Under the pieces are notes generated by a model. The model made no database searches and was not told where the DNA came from. It saw only the letters and a list, made by a program, of their open reading frames with translations. Positions 26,595 through 41,180 of a stretch of DNA of 64,000 nt are shown piece by piece. Where the stretch lies: NCBI RefSeq assembly GCF_009914755.1, contig NC_060925.1. One strand, written 5' to 3'. The stretch is from the human T2T-CHM13v2.0 reference genome, Homo sapiens. Numbering within the stretch: position 1 is the stretch's first letter; each line of letters starts with the position of its first letter. A program made the position numbers and the translations under genes.

Positions 26595-28744
26595 CCAAAA
26601 TATCAAATGCTCTATTTTGGTAATTTGAGCTTGTGCATTGCAAGCCCAGTTTCTCCTGACTCCACAGGTCTTCTCCTTGCAAAGACTTATCCAACCTTAA
26701 CAGATAAATCCAGGGTTCTGTATAGCCTTGGGCAAGTTGATCTCATAAGAATAGAGACTTTAGTGGCTAAAATCTTATACAAATAAGCAGTAATAGTCAT
26801 TTTATATAAAAAGTATAGTGGTAAAAAAGTCATCAAGCCTCTTTGCTTCAATAAGCACTCCAATGACGTAAACCCATTGATGAGCTACTGGGAAAGGAAA
26901 AACTATGTAGTTCTCAGTGTTAATTTGGGGGAGGGGATGGCTCATCCTGATTTTTACAGGGCAAGGTACAGGTCTTGAACAGCCCCCATCTCCTCACTCA
27001 CTCTCACTGTATGGACACAGGAATGTTATGTTTATTAATCATTTATGGTATTTTATATTACTGAACCTCTACAGGATGAAGGCATCTTCTGGTGTGTAGG
27101 GTTGAGGAAATTTCACCTAAAGATTGGGGCCATTTATGGCATCAATCATTTGGCTAAAATATGTATTTCTGTGGCCAGAACACTGAAGGAAGCCCTGCTT
27201 GTGCTGACTGGGGAGGAGAAGAGGAAGGCCCTGATGGTTGTGTGGAAACCAGTCTCTCTTGATCTTCACCACAATGTAGCCAAGATGTCTAGAAGGAGTT
27301 TTAGGATGTTCAGATGGTCCCCTCCATAGGAAGCTGAGCCAGAACTTTGGAAGTAAGAACACAGGTACAAGGCTGTAAATTTGTCCCAGCCATTTAGGGT
27401 TAAGTAAAACCACTCAGATAGAGCATAAACTAGGACAAGGTCTATAAGCCCTGGGTGCACACCACCATATACAAAATCAGAAAATGATAGTTTATATTCC
27501 AGAGAGTTTTCATATATTTATATATTTTGTGTTCCTTTTATTTATTTGTTTGTTTGTTTTACTTGGTATAAAAAAAAGAAAACATTTGTGAAAGGTCTTA
27601 ATTGTGCTAAGGGGGAAACAAAGAAATGAGTTTGTGCTCACACTTTGGCCAAAATTAAAGGGCACAGTGTTCAACTAGGGATCAGTATGAGTGACAGCAA
27701 CAATTGAAATGTGAGAGCCTTAAGTAGAATGTGGATCTGGGAGACTAGCTGTTGGGTTCCATTTGAAGATTCTCTTATAAAATAGAAGCATAGTCGTGCC
27801 ACGTTTCCTTTTACTGAGGAATTTGCTTTCGCTTTCCAGGTAAACCCAGACCTTTAAAGTGAAAGCATCATCACAGTCTCAGGACTAAGATTCAATGCTG
27901 ACCTTTAGCTGTTTTCATTGCAGGATATTAGCTCACCAGACAGCTGGGTGAGATAACCTCTCTTTTAAAATAAAGCAACCCTAAGGGATTGGAGCAGCAA
28001 TAATTACCCTCTTATTTCTGCAAGAAACATTTATTACATTTGAAGCTGGCCTCATGATAGTCAGTATTTGCTTGAAAAACAGATGTGTTAGTTCCATCTG
28101 GACTGGGCTAATGCTTGAATCTTGTCATTAACAATGTATTTGTGTTCGTCATTCCTCGTTTTCTGCATATTTTTAAGGAATTTTTCCTAATAAGGGAAAA
28201 GTTATCGAGCCACATTTGCTTGTAGCAGATTTTTTTAAGAGTCAAGAATAACAATAAAGAACTGGACAATTTATGTTGGAGAAAGCAATGGAATTGTTAG
28301 TGGGAATAGGAGAGTGACTATGTGAGTACATTTAGGACAAACATTACCTACAGCCAATATGCCTAGAATTGGCCATAATTGGTTTTTGTGACCAAATTTC
28401 TTTTCATTTTGCAAATGGGAATGGCCTTTAAGGTTGAAATCAGAGTGCCACAGGAATATTACTTAACAAGCTTTTAACCCCAACTTTTAGCAAAATTTAT
28501 ATAACTAGCACATTATGTGTTTTACTTAGCTTTCAATGTCACTGCAGTTGGAAAATAAGTTTTGCCTTCTTTCTTCCATGGCCTGCTCTTCCCCAAACAA
28601 TGCCTGTTTGATTTTTACTGAAGTCAGTCTTGTGAAGATTAATAGCCAGAATCACAAAAACAGTTTGCTAGTTGGGCTCTAGAGTCCAAAATGTTGAGGG
28701 AATCAATTTCGTCTGATGGGACTACCAGAAGAGAAGAGAGGAAG

Positions 28745-29030
28745 AATTGTTCATTAATTAAGCAAGTATTTAATGAGAGTGTAATATGGGCTTATTGAAG
28801 CAGATGTCACTAGAACATAAAGGGAAGGCTAAAACAAGGCCTCCATCCTTTCACAAGTCAAATCTACTTGAGGAGATGAGATATCAATATCAGAATAACT
28901 AAGTGGAAGCAGAGAGTATTTTGGTTGAATGTCAGTGCAATGTATAGGAATTTGGGGTCAAGAAAGACCATGAATTTCCTTCCATGGCTGGAAGGATTTG
29001 TAGAGGAGGTAAGACTTTACCCTTAAACTT
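28745..29030 (-). mobile_element. L2 3' fragment
   Basis: ttcattaattaagcaagtatttaatgag antisense L2 tail. Confidence 0.5.
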
Positions 29031-31999
29031 TACACTTAATAATTTCTTCTTTCCCTTGAGTTTGCCTAAGAATTTTGAATAATTTTTCAAGACCCCTATT
29101 AGTCTAACTAAGGACAGAAAAAAATCAACATGGCAGGCCTGCGCGTCAATGAGATTTCTGAAAAAAGATTAGCCGTCACTGACATGATTATTTTACATTT
29201 GCTGAACCCTGTTGATACTCAAACCTCAGGAGAAAAGGTTGTTGTCTTCTGTAGGGTATCCAGAACCAAGCAAAAGTCTGCCTTTGTGACTCTGGGAGTA
29301 TCATTATATACAGCTGATGCTTTTCCATTTCAGTTTCATCCAGTTATGCCTAGAGCCCAGCCAAAGGCATTTTAGGATACCCGGCAGTCTCTTTCCATAG
29401 TAGGGAATTAAGATCAGATACTTCTTTTCATTCTTCACAGGAGCCTGTTTCCATGTGAAACTGGGCAGAGTTGAGCCTGCCAAAAGGCATGCTCTCTGGA
29501 TGTTGAAGAGAAATTTGCAGAAAAAGGAACGTATCAACTCCACAAGATTTCAAAATACGGTGGGCACAGGGAATGGAAATTCTAAGGATGTAGAGGATTA
29601 AATATATATGAAAAAAAAAAAAAAAACCAGAACAAGGACTTGTCCTGCAGAGGGAATGCCCATGAATTCTCTCATACTCATAGAACAATGAGTGCTGTGT
29701 GGAAGGTAACGGTCTCAGTGGTATCTTAGTTCTTAGCTGCGCACCTGCCTTTCATCTTCCTGTGTGGCTTTCTCTCTAGTTCCAGTAAGGAAGCTTTCTA
29801 GAGGTTTGAGTTGTTCAGATGTGTGTAATACACAACCTGCATGGTACACTTTATAAGCACTTTTCCTGAAGCAGCAGGTAGCTCTTGTGTCCCTCTTTCC
29901 CCCTTCACTAGCAAATCCTATTTCTTTCCTGCAATATTGTTGGCAAGACCCAGAGAGAGGAGTTTGTCAGGAACTCATCGGGTTTAGCACTGACCAAGCC
30001 ACTATGAGATGCCTAGTTTAAGGGGCATGGCTGTTTTGGCCAGAATATGCCCTCTCCAGAGCTTCCCACTTTTAGTATTTGCAGTAAGGGATTTCTCAGG
30101 CAGTCAGTAAGTTGTTTCCAGTTATGAGAAAATATTAACTGCATCAGTGAAATGAAAAGATGTGGCACTTGGTCAGTAATTTCTTTGTGGCTCAGAATCA
30201 ACAGTCATCACATTCTCAGCTTTCCATTTCTGGCAGTAAGAATGCAAAGTCTAAAACACAGCTCTGTAAAGTATTTCCATAGACATAACATGGGTGTGTG
30301 TCTCTCTCTTCAGATTCCCTCCTACAGAGTGCTCATTTCTTGTTACTTATCCTCTTTTGGATTTTAGCGTATTTGTTTTAAAGGATTGCAAATGAAAACC
30401 AACCCCTCCCCATGAATTCACCATAAAAGTCACAGACTTTTTTTAATGGAAAAGATGTTTTTCCTGCAGATTTTCATCTGGTTCACACATTTAAAAAGAC
30501 TTGCTCAGCATAATTGTCTTTGGGTGGGCTGGTCACATTCAGGGATTCTACAAGTGAAAGGAGGATGCTATATCTGTTCTGAAATAATTTATGTTTCAAT
30601 GTTGCATCAGCTATGCTTAACGAGAAAATGAATGTTTTAGTGCCATTGGTGTGTATAGCTTCTTTCCTGCTCTAAACTAATAATGCTTCTAGACTTTGTA
30701 ACAAAATTTATCTGCAAAGCAGATGCTTTGTTGTAGAATGGGGAGAGATTCCAAAGTCATTTATTGCTGATAGCAAAGAAAAACAGCGGCTGCCTGGCAT
30801 TTGCAAATTGCGTTAATCCCCTTAATATGGACTAGATGGATTTGGGCATTTAGAGATGATACCATCATATTATGCCATTCTGTATTCCTAGATCAACAGA
30901 TAATTTAACAATGTTCCTTCTCCTTAAAGCCCTCCTCTCAAGAAAAAATAAGTTCACTAACGCATTTCCCATTTTTTCCAGGAATATTTTGGGAAATATT
31001 CTATAAAAATCTGAACAGTTTGTGGGCCTTGAAGTATCCTAAAGATTTTTAGAAGCTGCTAGTTAATACTGGCATGATATCTTTCAGTGATCTGTATCAG
31101 AGATTATTAATGAAATGTGATAATGCTAATGAGTCAAAGAAAGCTCAAATTTGTGATGTGGCCAGTTGCACTTGAAATTGATGCACCAATCTTCCCCGGA
31201 CACTCACACACACATATGGTGCATTTGAGCCAGTGGTTAAGAGTTTGAATCCATGCATCAGCCTCAGGTTAATCAAAGACAAAAACTGCTTCTCTTGCCC
31301 TTAAATATTCCCCTCAGGCTGCTGCTGAGCAACGTCTGAGGATCCCAAGGGCTGAGGCAGCTAGCTGGGGTAGGGAATCCATTGAGCATTTGTACTACGG
31401 GGACTCTGCAAAGAAGCGCAGCTTATAATTCCCAAAGTGAGGGTCCAAGAGAGAAAAGGGAAATAAATAGGTCTCAACTTGAAGCACATTCTAACCAGTC
31501 ATAGCTCCCTTTGGAGGAAGCCAGCTCAAAATGTCCCTGGGAGTTACTGGAGTTAAGAGTCCAGTGATTACCCCCATGAGAGTACAGCAAACATAAAAGT
31601 AAGGTAAAATTTGGGTGACATGCTCTTCCCATGGCCAAGGTCATTTCCCAAATAGGCAATTGAATGGAGACAAGTTTTACAAGTGTGGTCTATGTGTAAA
31701 TGGGAGATTTACATTTTAGCCTTTAAAAAAATTGTTCCCAGTGGTGACCATCTCAGGAGCCAGACCGAGAGTTGCCAAGCAACAAGAAAAACAAAGGCAA
31801 GTTCCAAGAAGTTCATTAAAATCCGCAACTGCAGAGCTTTATTCTAATGTTCTCCACCCTAGTGGAAAAGACAACCCAGTCAAAATTGATGCCTCCTGTC
31901 TGTTTCCACCCTCCGCCCTTCCTCCTTTGAGCTCCAAAAGCACACTGGTTACACTGTCAACTTTAGCAGAAAATATATTTTCTCTTATACCATAGTTTT

Positions 32000-32740
32000 T
32001 CGTACATCTATATGTTTCCCAGTTAGATCACTGACTGTTCTAAGGCAGGAACCATGTCTTATTTGTCTTCTTACTACTAGCTTAGTGCCTAAAACAATTC
32101 CTATACATAGTAGGTTGACAATAAATTGAATGTTAACTGCATAGTAACAATCTCTGCCTATTGAAGTTTTAGCTTTTCTTTAAGGCTGATTTCAAATGCT
32201 CCATCTCTTCAGAAGCCTTTTCTTATCTCTGTTGTGCTGTCATTTATCCTCAAATTCCTACAGCATCTTTTGCACCTCTTTTGTGAAACTTACTTTGTCT
32301 TGTATTACAGACATTCTAGTTCGGCCTTACTTTGTCGGGATAAGAATCAGGTTTTACTTGGCTCCATATTCTTGGATACAAAGTCTTGCACACAGGCTTG
32401 CTTATTCATTTATTAATAAAACTGAGCATCAACTATGTGGATTCTGTAGGACTGGGCATATAAAGTGAATTAAGTACACATGGCTTTTATTCTCACTGAA
32501 CTTAAAATCTTGTGGGGAATTTGGACAAGTAAATAGGAAATCAAAGCTCAGTGCTTTGATGAAAAGGTATAAAGATCATGGGGTCACTTGACCTAATTCA
32601 GGGGATCAGAGAAGACATCCATGAAGAAGTGGTACTCACACAAAGTCCTGAAGAATGAAAAACAATGCATATGCAAAGGCCAGGAACTGGTACATTTAAG
32701 GAGCTGAAAGTTCAGAAGTTCTAATGAGCTCAAGTGAAGA
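32000..32740. mobile_element. Cluster of L2 3' fragments in both orientations
   Basis: ctaaggcaggaaccatgtcttattt...catagtaggttgacaataaattgaatg on plus; attcatttattaataaaactgagcatcaactatgtg on minus. Confidence 0.55.
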
Positions 32741-33281
32741 ATGCTTTAAATTTATATCACACCTTTCCCTCTAGAAAACTGAAGTGCAGAGGGACAAGAC
32801 ATAAAAAGGGGAAATCCAAGTTCACATGATGGCTAAACTAGCAAGAAGCTCACATATTTTGTCTTCCAGATCAGTTCTTTTTCCACTAAATATTTGTTTC
32901 TGTGTTTCTTTCAAGGCCAAGACCTTCTTTCCTCATTAAGTCATGAAAACCTGTTAATGCAGGAAATACATGCATGCAAGCATTTGATGTAGTTTATTTC
33001 TCCCTAAGTCATTCATATATTTCTATGCTGTAGTAAAACAGTGTTGCCTCTGATAGTTCATCCTTAAGAAAGAGAAAAACAGAAGTCCAAGTATGTTGGC
33101 TGGAACTCTGCTACAGTAAGTTGGCTCTCTACATGTGGGGAACAACCTCACAGTCTGTGAGCACATACCCCTGAATGTGACTTAGGCAAAGCTGGTTATT
33201 GGATGGAAATCAGCATTTAGAAGGCTTTTGTTTTGCTTATCTACATAGCTTCAATGAGGAAGGAGGAAATGAGACTATAAG

Positions 33282-33413
33282 TACCATGACCATATAATTT
33301 ATTATCCATACTAGAACACTTTAAGAATGAAAAAGAGGACTCTTAATAATTATGCAAAGAAAACTGGTGCAAACTGGGACCACCCAGGTAAATTGGGACA
33401 TATGATTATGCTA
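33282..33413 (+). mobile_element. MER94 (hAT-Blackjack MITE)
   Basis: gaccatataatttattatcca...aaactgggac...gggacatatg matches the recalled MER94 consensus. Confidence 0.7.
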
Positions 33414-33704
33414 TCTATAACTAAAACACCTTTACAGATTTACACATTAATGTTCAAGGTTTCCCTTTTCTTTGCCTTTATTCTAGATCATTTTTTATAG
33501 AAGATGTTCTGTAAATAGTTGATGTTCAAAGAGTCATCTAGAAAGCAGGAGAGCCACTTCACCTTCTCTCATCCCTAGAAAACTGGGTCTTAACATATAA
33601 TTACAACATTTGTAAATCCTGGCCAACTGCACAATCAATTTTCTTGAGCCTATGTAACTACCTCACAATTTTCTTGAGCTTACATAACTCCCTGACACCT
33701 GGAT

Positions 33705-33912
33705 CAGCACTGTCCATTAGAACGCTGCAATGATGGAATGTCATATATGTGCTCTGTCCTACATAGTAGTCACTAGCCACATGAGTCATTGAGAAATGGA
33801 AACATGGCCAGAGCAACTGAGAAACTATATTTTAAATTTTGCTTAATTTTTCTTAATTTAAAAATAAATTTAAATAGCTACATGTGGTTAGCAACTAACA
33901 TAGTAAACATCT
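33705..33912 (+). mobile_element. MER3 (hAT-Charlie MITE)
   Basis: cagcactgtccattagaac...cactagccacatg...aatagctacatgtgg. Confidence 0.8.
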
Positions 33913-33944
33913 CTAGATCACTGGAAGTAAAAAGAGGCACCAGT

Positions 33945-36209
33945 TGATATGGCTTGGCTGTGTCCCCACCCAAATCTCATCTTGAATTCCCCTGTGTTAT
34001 GTGAGGGACCCAGTAGGAGGTAATTGAATCATGGGGGTAGGTCTTTCCCATGCTGTTCTCAGGATAGTGAATAAGTCTCCTGAGATCTGATGGTTTTAAA
34101 AAGGGGAGTTTCCTTGCACAAGCTTTCTTCTCTTGTCTGCTGCTATGTGAGATGTCCCTTTCACCTTCTGCCATGATTGTGAGGCCTCCCCAGCCACATG
34201 GAACTGTAAGTCCATTAAACCTCTTTCTCTTGTAAATTGCCAGGTCTCAGGTATGTCTTTACCAGCGGTGTGAAAACAGACTAATACAGTAAATTGGTAC
34301 TGGTAGAGTGGGGTGCTGCTGTAGATACTCAAAAATGTGGAAGCAACTTTGGAACTGGGTAACAGGCGGAGGTTGGAATAGTTTGGAGGGCTTAGAAGAA
34401 GACAGGAAAATGTGGGAAAGTTTGGAACTTCCTAGAGACTCGTTGAATGACTTTGCCTGCCCCAAATGCTGATAGTGATATGGACAATAAAGTCCAGGCT
34501 AAGGTGGTCCCAAACAGAAATGAGGAACTTGTTGGGAACTGGAGCAAAGGTGACTCTTGTTATGTTTTAGCAAAGAGACTGGCAGCATTTTGCCCCTGCA
34601 CGAGAGATTTGTGGAACTTTGAACTTGAGAGAGATGATTTAGGGTATCTGGCAGCAGAAATTTCAAAGCAGCAAAACATTCAAGAGGCGAGTTGGGTACT
34701 GCTAAAGGCATTCAGTTTTAAAAGGGAAACAGAGCATAAAAGTTTGGAAAACTTGCAGCCTGACAATGTGATAGAAAAGAAAATCCCATTTCTAAGAAGA
34801 AATCTAAGCAGGCTGCAGAAATTTGCATAAGTAATGAGGAGCTGAATGTTAATCCCCAAGACAATGGGGAAAATGTCTCTAAGGCATGTCAGAGGTCTTC
34901 ACAGCAGCCCATTCCATTACAGGCCTGGTGGTCTAGGAGGAAAAAGTGGTTTCGTGGGCTGGGCCCAGGGTCCCTGTGCTGTAGGCCCCCTAGGGACTTG
35001 ATGCCCTGTGTCCGAGTCACTCCAGCCATGGCTGAAAGGGGCCAACACAGAGCTCAGGCCATGGCTTCAGAGTGTGCAAGCCTCAAGCCTTGGCAGCTTC
35101 CATGTGGTGTTGAGCCTGCCAGTGCATAGAAGTCAAGAATTGGGGGTTCCCAAAGGAACCTCTGCCTGATTTTCAGAGGATGTATGGAAGTGCCTGGATG
35201 TCCAGGCAGAAGTTTGCTGCAGGGGTGGGGCTCTCATGGAGAACCTCTGCTAGGGCAGTGTCGAAGGGAAATGTGGGGTCAGAGCCCCCACACAGAGTTC
35301 CTACTGGAGCACCACCTATGGAGCTGTGAGAAGAGGGCCACAGTCTGCTAGACCCCAGAATGGTAGATCCACCGACAGCTTGTATTGAGAGCCTGGAAAA
35401 GCTGCAGACATTCAATACCAGCCCATGAAAGCAGCCAGGAGGGAGGTTGTACCCTGCAAAGCCACAGAGGCAGAGCTGTCCAAGACCATGGGAACCCACC
35501 TCTTACATCAGCATGACCTGGATGAGGGACATGGAGTCAAAGGAGATCATTTTGGAGCTTTGAGATTTGAATGCCCCACTGGATTTCAGACTTGTGTGGG
35601 GCCTGTAGCCCCTTTGTTTTGGCCAGTTTCTCCCATTTGGAATGGCTGTATTTAACCAATGCTTGTACCCCCATTATATCTAGGAAGTAACTAACTTGCT
35701 TTTGATTTTACAGGCTTATAGGTGGAAGGTACTTGCCTTATCTCAGATGAGACTGAACTGTGGACTTTTGAGTTAATGCTGAAATGAGTTAAGACACTGG
35801 GGGACTGTCGGGAAGACATGATTGGTTTTGAAATGTGAGGACATGAGATTTGGGAGGGGCTGGGGTGGAATGATGTGGTTTGGCTATGACCCCACCCAAA
35901 TCTCATCTTGAATTCCCACGTGTGGTGGGAGGGACCCAGTGGGGGGTAATTGAATCATGGGGGCAGGTCTTTCCTGTGCTGTTCTTGGGATAATGATAAG
36001 TCTCATGAGAACTGATGGTTTTAAAATGGGGAGTTTCCCTGCATAAGTTCTCTTCTCTTGTCTGCCACCATGTGAGACATGCCTTTCACCTTCTGTCATG
36101 ATTGTGAGGCCTCCCCAGCCACGTGGAACTGTAAGTCCATTAAACCTCTTTTGTAAATTGCCCAGTCTCAGGTATGTCTTTATCAGCAGCATGAAAATGG
36201 ACTAATACA
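33945..36209 (+). mobile_element. Complete THE1 (probably THE1B) MaLR provirus: LTR 33945-34288, internal 34289-35870, LTR 35871-36209
   Basis: Two TG...CA LTRs of about 340 bp; polypurine tract gggaggggctggggtggaa before the 3' LTR; 5-bp TSD CCAGT at 33940-33944 and 36210-36214. Confidence 0.96.
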
Positions 36210-36541
36210 CCAGTGAATGTCACTAAGATAAAACCAGAAAAGCTTTCATTTACTTTTTGTCCCATTTAGATGTACACAGAGCTGGGATCCTAGTAGGCCA
36301 AGGTCTCAGCCTTTACCTTTGTTTGACTCCACCTCAAGGATCAATTTCATCTCTATTAAATATAGAGAAAGGAAAGAACATAAAATATATATCAAATCAA
36401 CACCATTTGATTCAAGCAGAACATTGATATGTTAATCCATTTTACTTGAAACACCATAGTAAGTATTTATACTAGTGGGAACAGTAATGAACATAATCAC
36501 AGGACTTCATTCCATGGTGTACAATGCATTAAAGAAATCCA

Positions 36542-36753
36542 CAGCCTGGCCAACATGGCAAAACTCCATCTCTACTAAAAATACAAAAATAAGGCAGGCA
36601 TAGTGGTACACACTTGTATTCCCAGCTACTCAGGAGGCTTAGGCAGGAGGATCACTTGAAAACCCAGGAAGCAGAGGTTGCAGTAAGCTGAGATCATGCC
36701 ACTGTGCACAAGCATGGGTGACAGAGTGAGACTCTGTCTCAAAAAAAAAAAAA
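36542..36753 (+). mobile_element. 5'-truncated Alu (AluJ/S)
   Basis: Begins mid-left-arm (cagcctggccaacatgg); right arm and A tail present. Confidence 0.9.
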
Positions 36754-37434
36754 ATTCAAAATTTCTAAAGAAAGTCCTACTTCTGCCAGAGCCTTCAATA
36801 AAGGGATATTAAGGCCCCAAAGCTCTATCTTCAGCATTTTGTATTCCTCTTAATACAAAAAGCATAAGGCCCAAAGCAACTGATATCGGATCTCCTTATC
36901 AAATGTTTCCTTTGTTCTGCCCTCTCATTAAACTATTTGTAACTCCTCTATGGCTCTTATTACTTTCCGTTTTGTATTAGCTGTGTAACTAATACAAAAG
37001 AGCAAAAAGTGGACACTGTGGTAGACAGGTATAATTTTACTTCTCCTACTGAAGAGTAAGTACTATAAGGACAAATACAGTTCATATACCTGTACTATAT
37101 TTTCTACAACGCCAGGCACAGTTCTTTACACACAGTAGATGCTCAGGAAATGTTTGCTTGTTTATTTGGAAACATTTTGTATTAGTACCTCACATTGTGT
37201 TAAGAATTAAGTTTCTGGAACCTGAAATGAGATAAAATATAAATTCTTAGGCAACAATGTAAATTCTTATGCAGATAGAGTAACTGAATATAAATTTGAG
37301 GGTGTGGTAAGACTGATTTTTTTTTTCTCTTAGGATTGCAAGCTGATATAATTATATTGGAAAGCAATATAGAAATTTGTATCAAAAGGCTTGGCTGTAA
37401 TAATTTTGTATTTGAGACTCCATTCCAATTATTT

Positions 37435-38850
37435 TTAGACTATTATATTGAGGTTATGAATTGACATACAAAAAGTTGTACATATTTAACATATACAACT
37501 TGATGAGTTTGGAGAGAAGGATATACCTGTGGAGTCATCACCATAATCAATTTCATAAACATATTCATCATCTCCAAAAGTTTCCTCCTACCCTCTTTAT
37601 CATTATTACTTGTACGTGTGTGATAAGATCACTCAACATAAGATCTACCCTATTAGCAAGTTTTTAAGTATGCAATACAGTATTGTTAACTATAGGCACT
37701 ATGCTGTACCACAAATATCTAGAGTTTATCTTGTATATTTATCCTGTACTTACATTTCCACCAACCAGAGTACCTGAAACTTTGTACCCTTGACTAATAT
37801 ACTTCCCCATGACCCCCAGCCCTTGGCAATTATCCTTCTACCCTATGCCTCTATGAGTTTGACTATTTTAGATTTCTCATATGAGTGGTACCATGCAGTA
37901 TTTGTCCTTTTGTGTCTGGCTTATTTCAATTAGCATAATGTTCTCCAGGTTCATCTATGTTGATGAAAATGACAACATTTCCTTCTTTTTAAAGGCAGAA
38001 TAATATTCCATTGTTTGTATATGCCACATTTTATTTATCCATTCATCAGTCAATGGACATTTAGGTTGCTTTCATGTCTTGGCTCTTGTGAATAATGCTG
38101 AAATGAATGTGGCAGTGCAGATATCCTTTCAATATCTTGATTTTAATTCCTTTGGATATATATTCAGATGTGAGCTTGTTGGATCATCGGTAGTTCTACT
38201 TTGAATTTTTAAAGAAACCTCCATACTGTTTTCCACAGTGGCCATTCCAATTTACATTCCCACCAACAGTGTACAAGGGATTCCTTTTCTCCACATCCTT
38301 GCCAACACTTACTATCTTTTGGTTTTGTTTTAAAAATAGCCATCCTAATAGGAATAAAGTGATATCTCATTGTGGTTTTGATTTTTGGTTCCCTGATGAT
38401 CAGTAATGTAGAGCACCTTTTCATGTACCTGTTAGCTATTTGTGTGTTTTCTTTGGAAAAATGTCTATTCAGTTCCTTTGTCCATTTTTAAATTGGGTTC
38501 TGTTTTTGCTATTAAGTTATAGGAGTTCCTTATGCATTGTGGATATTAACCATCTATCAGATATATAGTTTGCAAATATTTTCTTCCAATCCATCCATAG
38601 GCTGCATTTTCATTTTGTTGTTTCTTTTGTTGTGCACAAACTTTTTCATTTGGTGTAGTCCTACTCGTTTATCTTTGCTTTTATTGCCTGTTCCTTTGGT
38701 ATCAAGTCCAAGTAATCATTGCTAAGACAAATTTCATGAAGCTTTTTCCCCAATGTTTTCTTTTTCTTTTTCCCCAATGTTTTTAAAGTTTCGAGTCTTG
38801 TATTTAAGTCTTCAATTCATTTTGAGTTAATTTTTGTGTATGATGTATCC
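37435..38850 (-). mobile_element. L1MA9/L1MB 3' portion
   Basis: ORF 38209-38424 is the L1 ORF2 C-terminus ([15 protein letters not shown]); L1MB-type 3'UTR antisense. Confidence 0.85.
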
Positions 38851-38864
38851 ACCAATGAAATAAT

Positions 38865-39170
38865 TTAAATACTAGGAAATATATATACAGGATGTTCATC
38901 TCTGCCTTGTTTATAGTAGTGAAAAACTGGAAACAACTTAAACATCCAACAAGAATGATTAATAAATCACTGACCAGCTAGAAATAGACTATTATACAAC
39001 TATTTTAGAAGAGGTTTTATTTGTTTAAGAATGTTCACAATATTAAGTAAAAAAAAAAAAACGAGAGAAAAAAGTTGGGAGGAAATACAGCAGGATACTG
39101 AGTGGTCACTTTTGATGGTACAATTAGGATTGATTTTCTCCCTCAGCTTTTCTCTTTATATTTTTCAAAT
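38865..39170 (+). mobile_element. L1ME 3' fragment
   Basis: caggatgttcatctctgccttgtttatagtagtgaaaaactggaaacaacttaaacatccaac. Confidence 0.65.
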
Positions 39171-39312
39171 TTACTTACTGTCAATAATACGAAACCCACA
39201 TTAGTATGTAATACGTGATTTTGACACTAATTGATTCCTCTATTTAGAGGTAATTCTAACTAGCAGAGACTTAGGACAAAAATCAAACTTTTAGACAGCT
39301 AAGCACACCTAG

Positions 39313-39630
<318 letters not shown>

Positions 39631-40989
39631 TGTTTTTCTTTTTGGTAGAGGGCATGAGAGGTAGCTGGCTTGCCACATGCCGATCCAACATCCTGATTTT
39701 TCATCAAGAGGCTGAATAGCCAAGATTTTTGTGGCTAGATGAATGAGAATTGGTCAGAGGTGAGTTCCAAACAAAATTATTAAAAATATTCACACAAAAA
39801 TGTATCTTAATGTTTGTACGATTAATTTTTAAATTGATTTTGTAAAAGCATATATTAGCTCTCTTAGGAAAACTATAGTCAATGCAATAGGATTTATTTA
39901 TAGCCTATAAATATGGCTATATTCATATCATTATGTGAAACATACTCCAGCATAAGTCATATATCTTCATACCTCTCTATGACAAAACTTCGATTGCTTT
40001 TCTGTCCACCAGATTTAAAAAGTGGTCAGTATTTGTGTAGGACATAGGTGAAAAGAAAAAGAAAGTAGCAAGTGGAGAAAGGGAAGTTTGGGAAAGTCCA
40101 GATGTAGGTGATGTTGTAGCTCTCTGACAGTCTATTTGGGAGTCAGAATCGGTGTGAGTGCCAAGTTCACTACGCATAGCTTTGCACATAGTAGACAAGT
40201 GATAAGTATTAAATGAATCAAAAGCATAGGGGGTTCATAGTTCACCTACTCAGAATATATTCTTTAGAGTTTTTGTTCAGATGGATTCTACCTTTTCTAA
40301 AAAGGGGCAATTGAAAGAGTAACAACTAAAAAGGAACTAAATATTGTAGAAAAATCTGAGAAAGGGATAAACACAGTCTTTTCCTGGAGGATTTGCCATT
40401 TAAAGCCACAGCTGTTTTTAATGCCAAGTATCCTTGGTGGCCAGTGCCTAGTGAAAGTGTAGAAACTACAGAGAGCAGGATTCAAGTGCTCCCTGAGGGC
40501 ATGGCTTGTAGCTTTCCCTTCATTATGGAATCAAGCCTGGAGAGCCAGTCTCTTGTTTGAGCTCATTGGTACTGCTCGCCAGAGAGGGACAGAAGAGATA
40601 AGAGGATCTGAAGAATATAAAATGGAAGATACGTGGATGGTGATAAAATTTAAGGGATTTAGTGATTTACAAATTCATGCCTTATTTGGATATGAAGAAA
40701 AAAGCTAGAGAACATAGTTTAGGCCAGTAACTAGGCTAAAGAAAGGAGTAGAATATAAGGTTGAATGAAATTTCCTGTGCAGTGCCCAGGGACTACGAGA
40801 TATATAATAATTTTCCAGTTCTCTCACAGTTGGTTTTAATATTATCAAAAGGCTCACTCTTTCTTTGCTTTCTCCTGAGTTTTCCTGCACTCATCTCCTA
40901 GGTCCCTCGGGGAAATGCAATGGTTATTATAGTTATGCCTAACATTTCAAAATCATTTTAACTTAATCAAGCATGTTTGCATGGAAAAG

Positions 40990-41180
40990 TAAAGGCTGTG
41001 GTGCCAGAGAAATTTGAGTCTGGTCCCTACTCCACTACTTTCCAATTGTGTGTTCTTGGGCAGCTCCTCAACCTCTCTGGCCCTCAGCTTCCTTAGGTGG
41101 ATCAATGCTATCAACTTCTAAGGATTGTTATACACAGTAGCCTAGTACTTGGTGTATAGTAACAACATAGTCAAGTTCAG
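40990..41180 (+). mobile_element. MIR fragment
   Basis: tgtgtgttcttgggcagctcctcaacctctctggccctcagcttcc MIR core. Confidence 0.65.

Noticed and set aside
34447-35655. 127-aa and other ORFs
   Set aside because: Residual THE1-internal frames, interrupted
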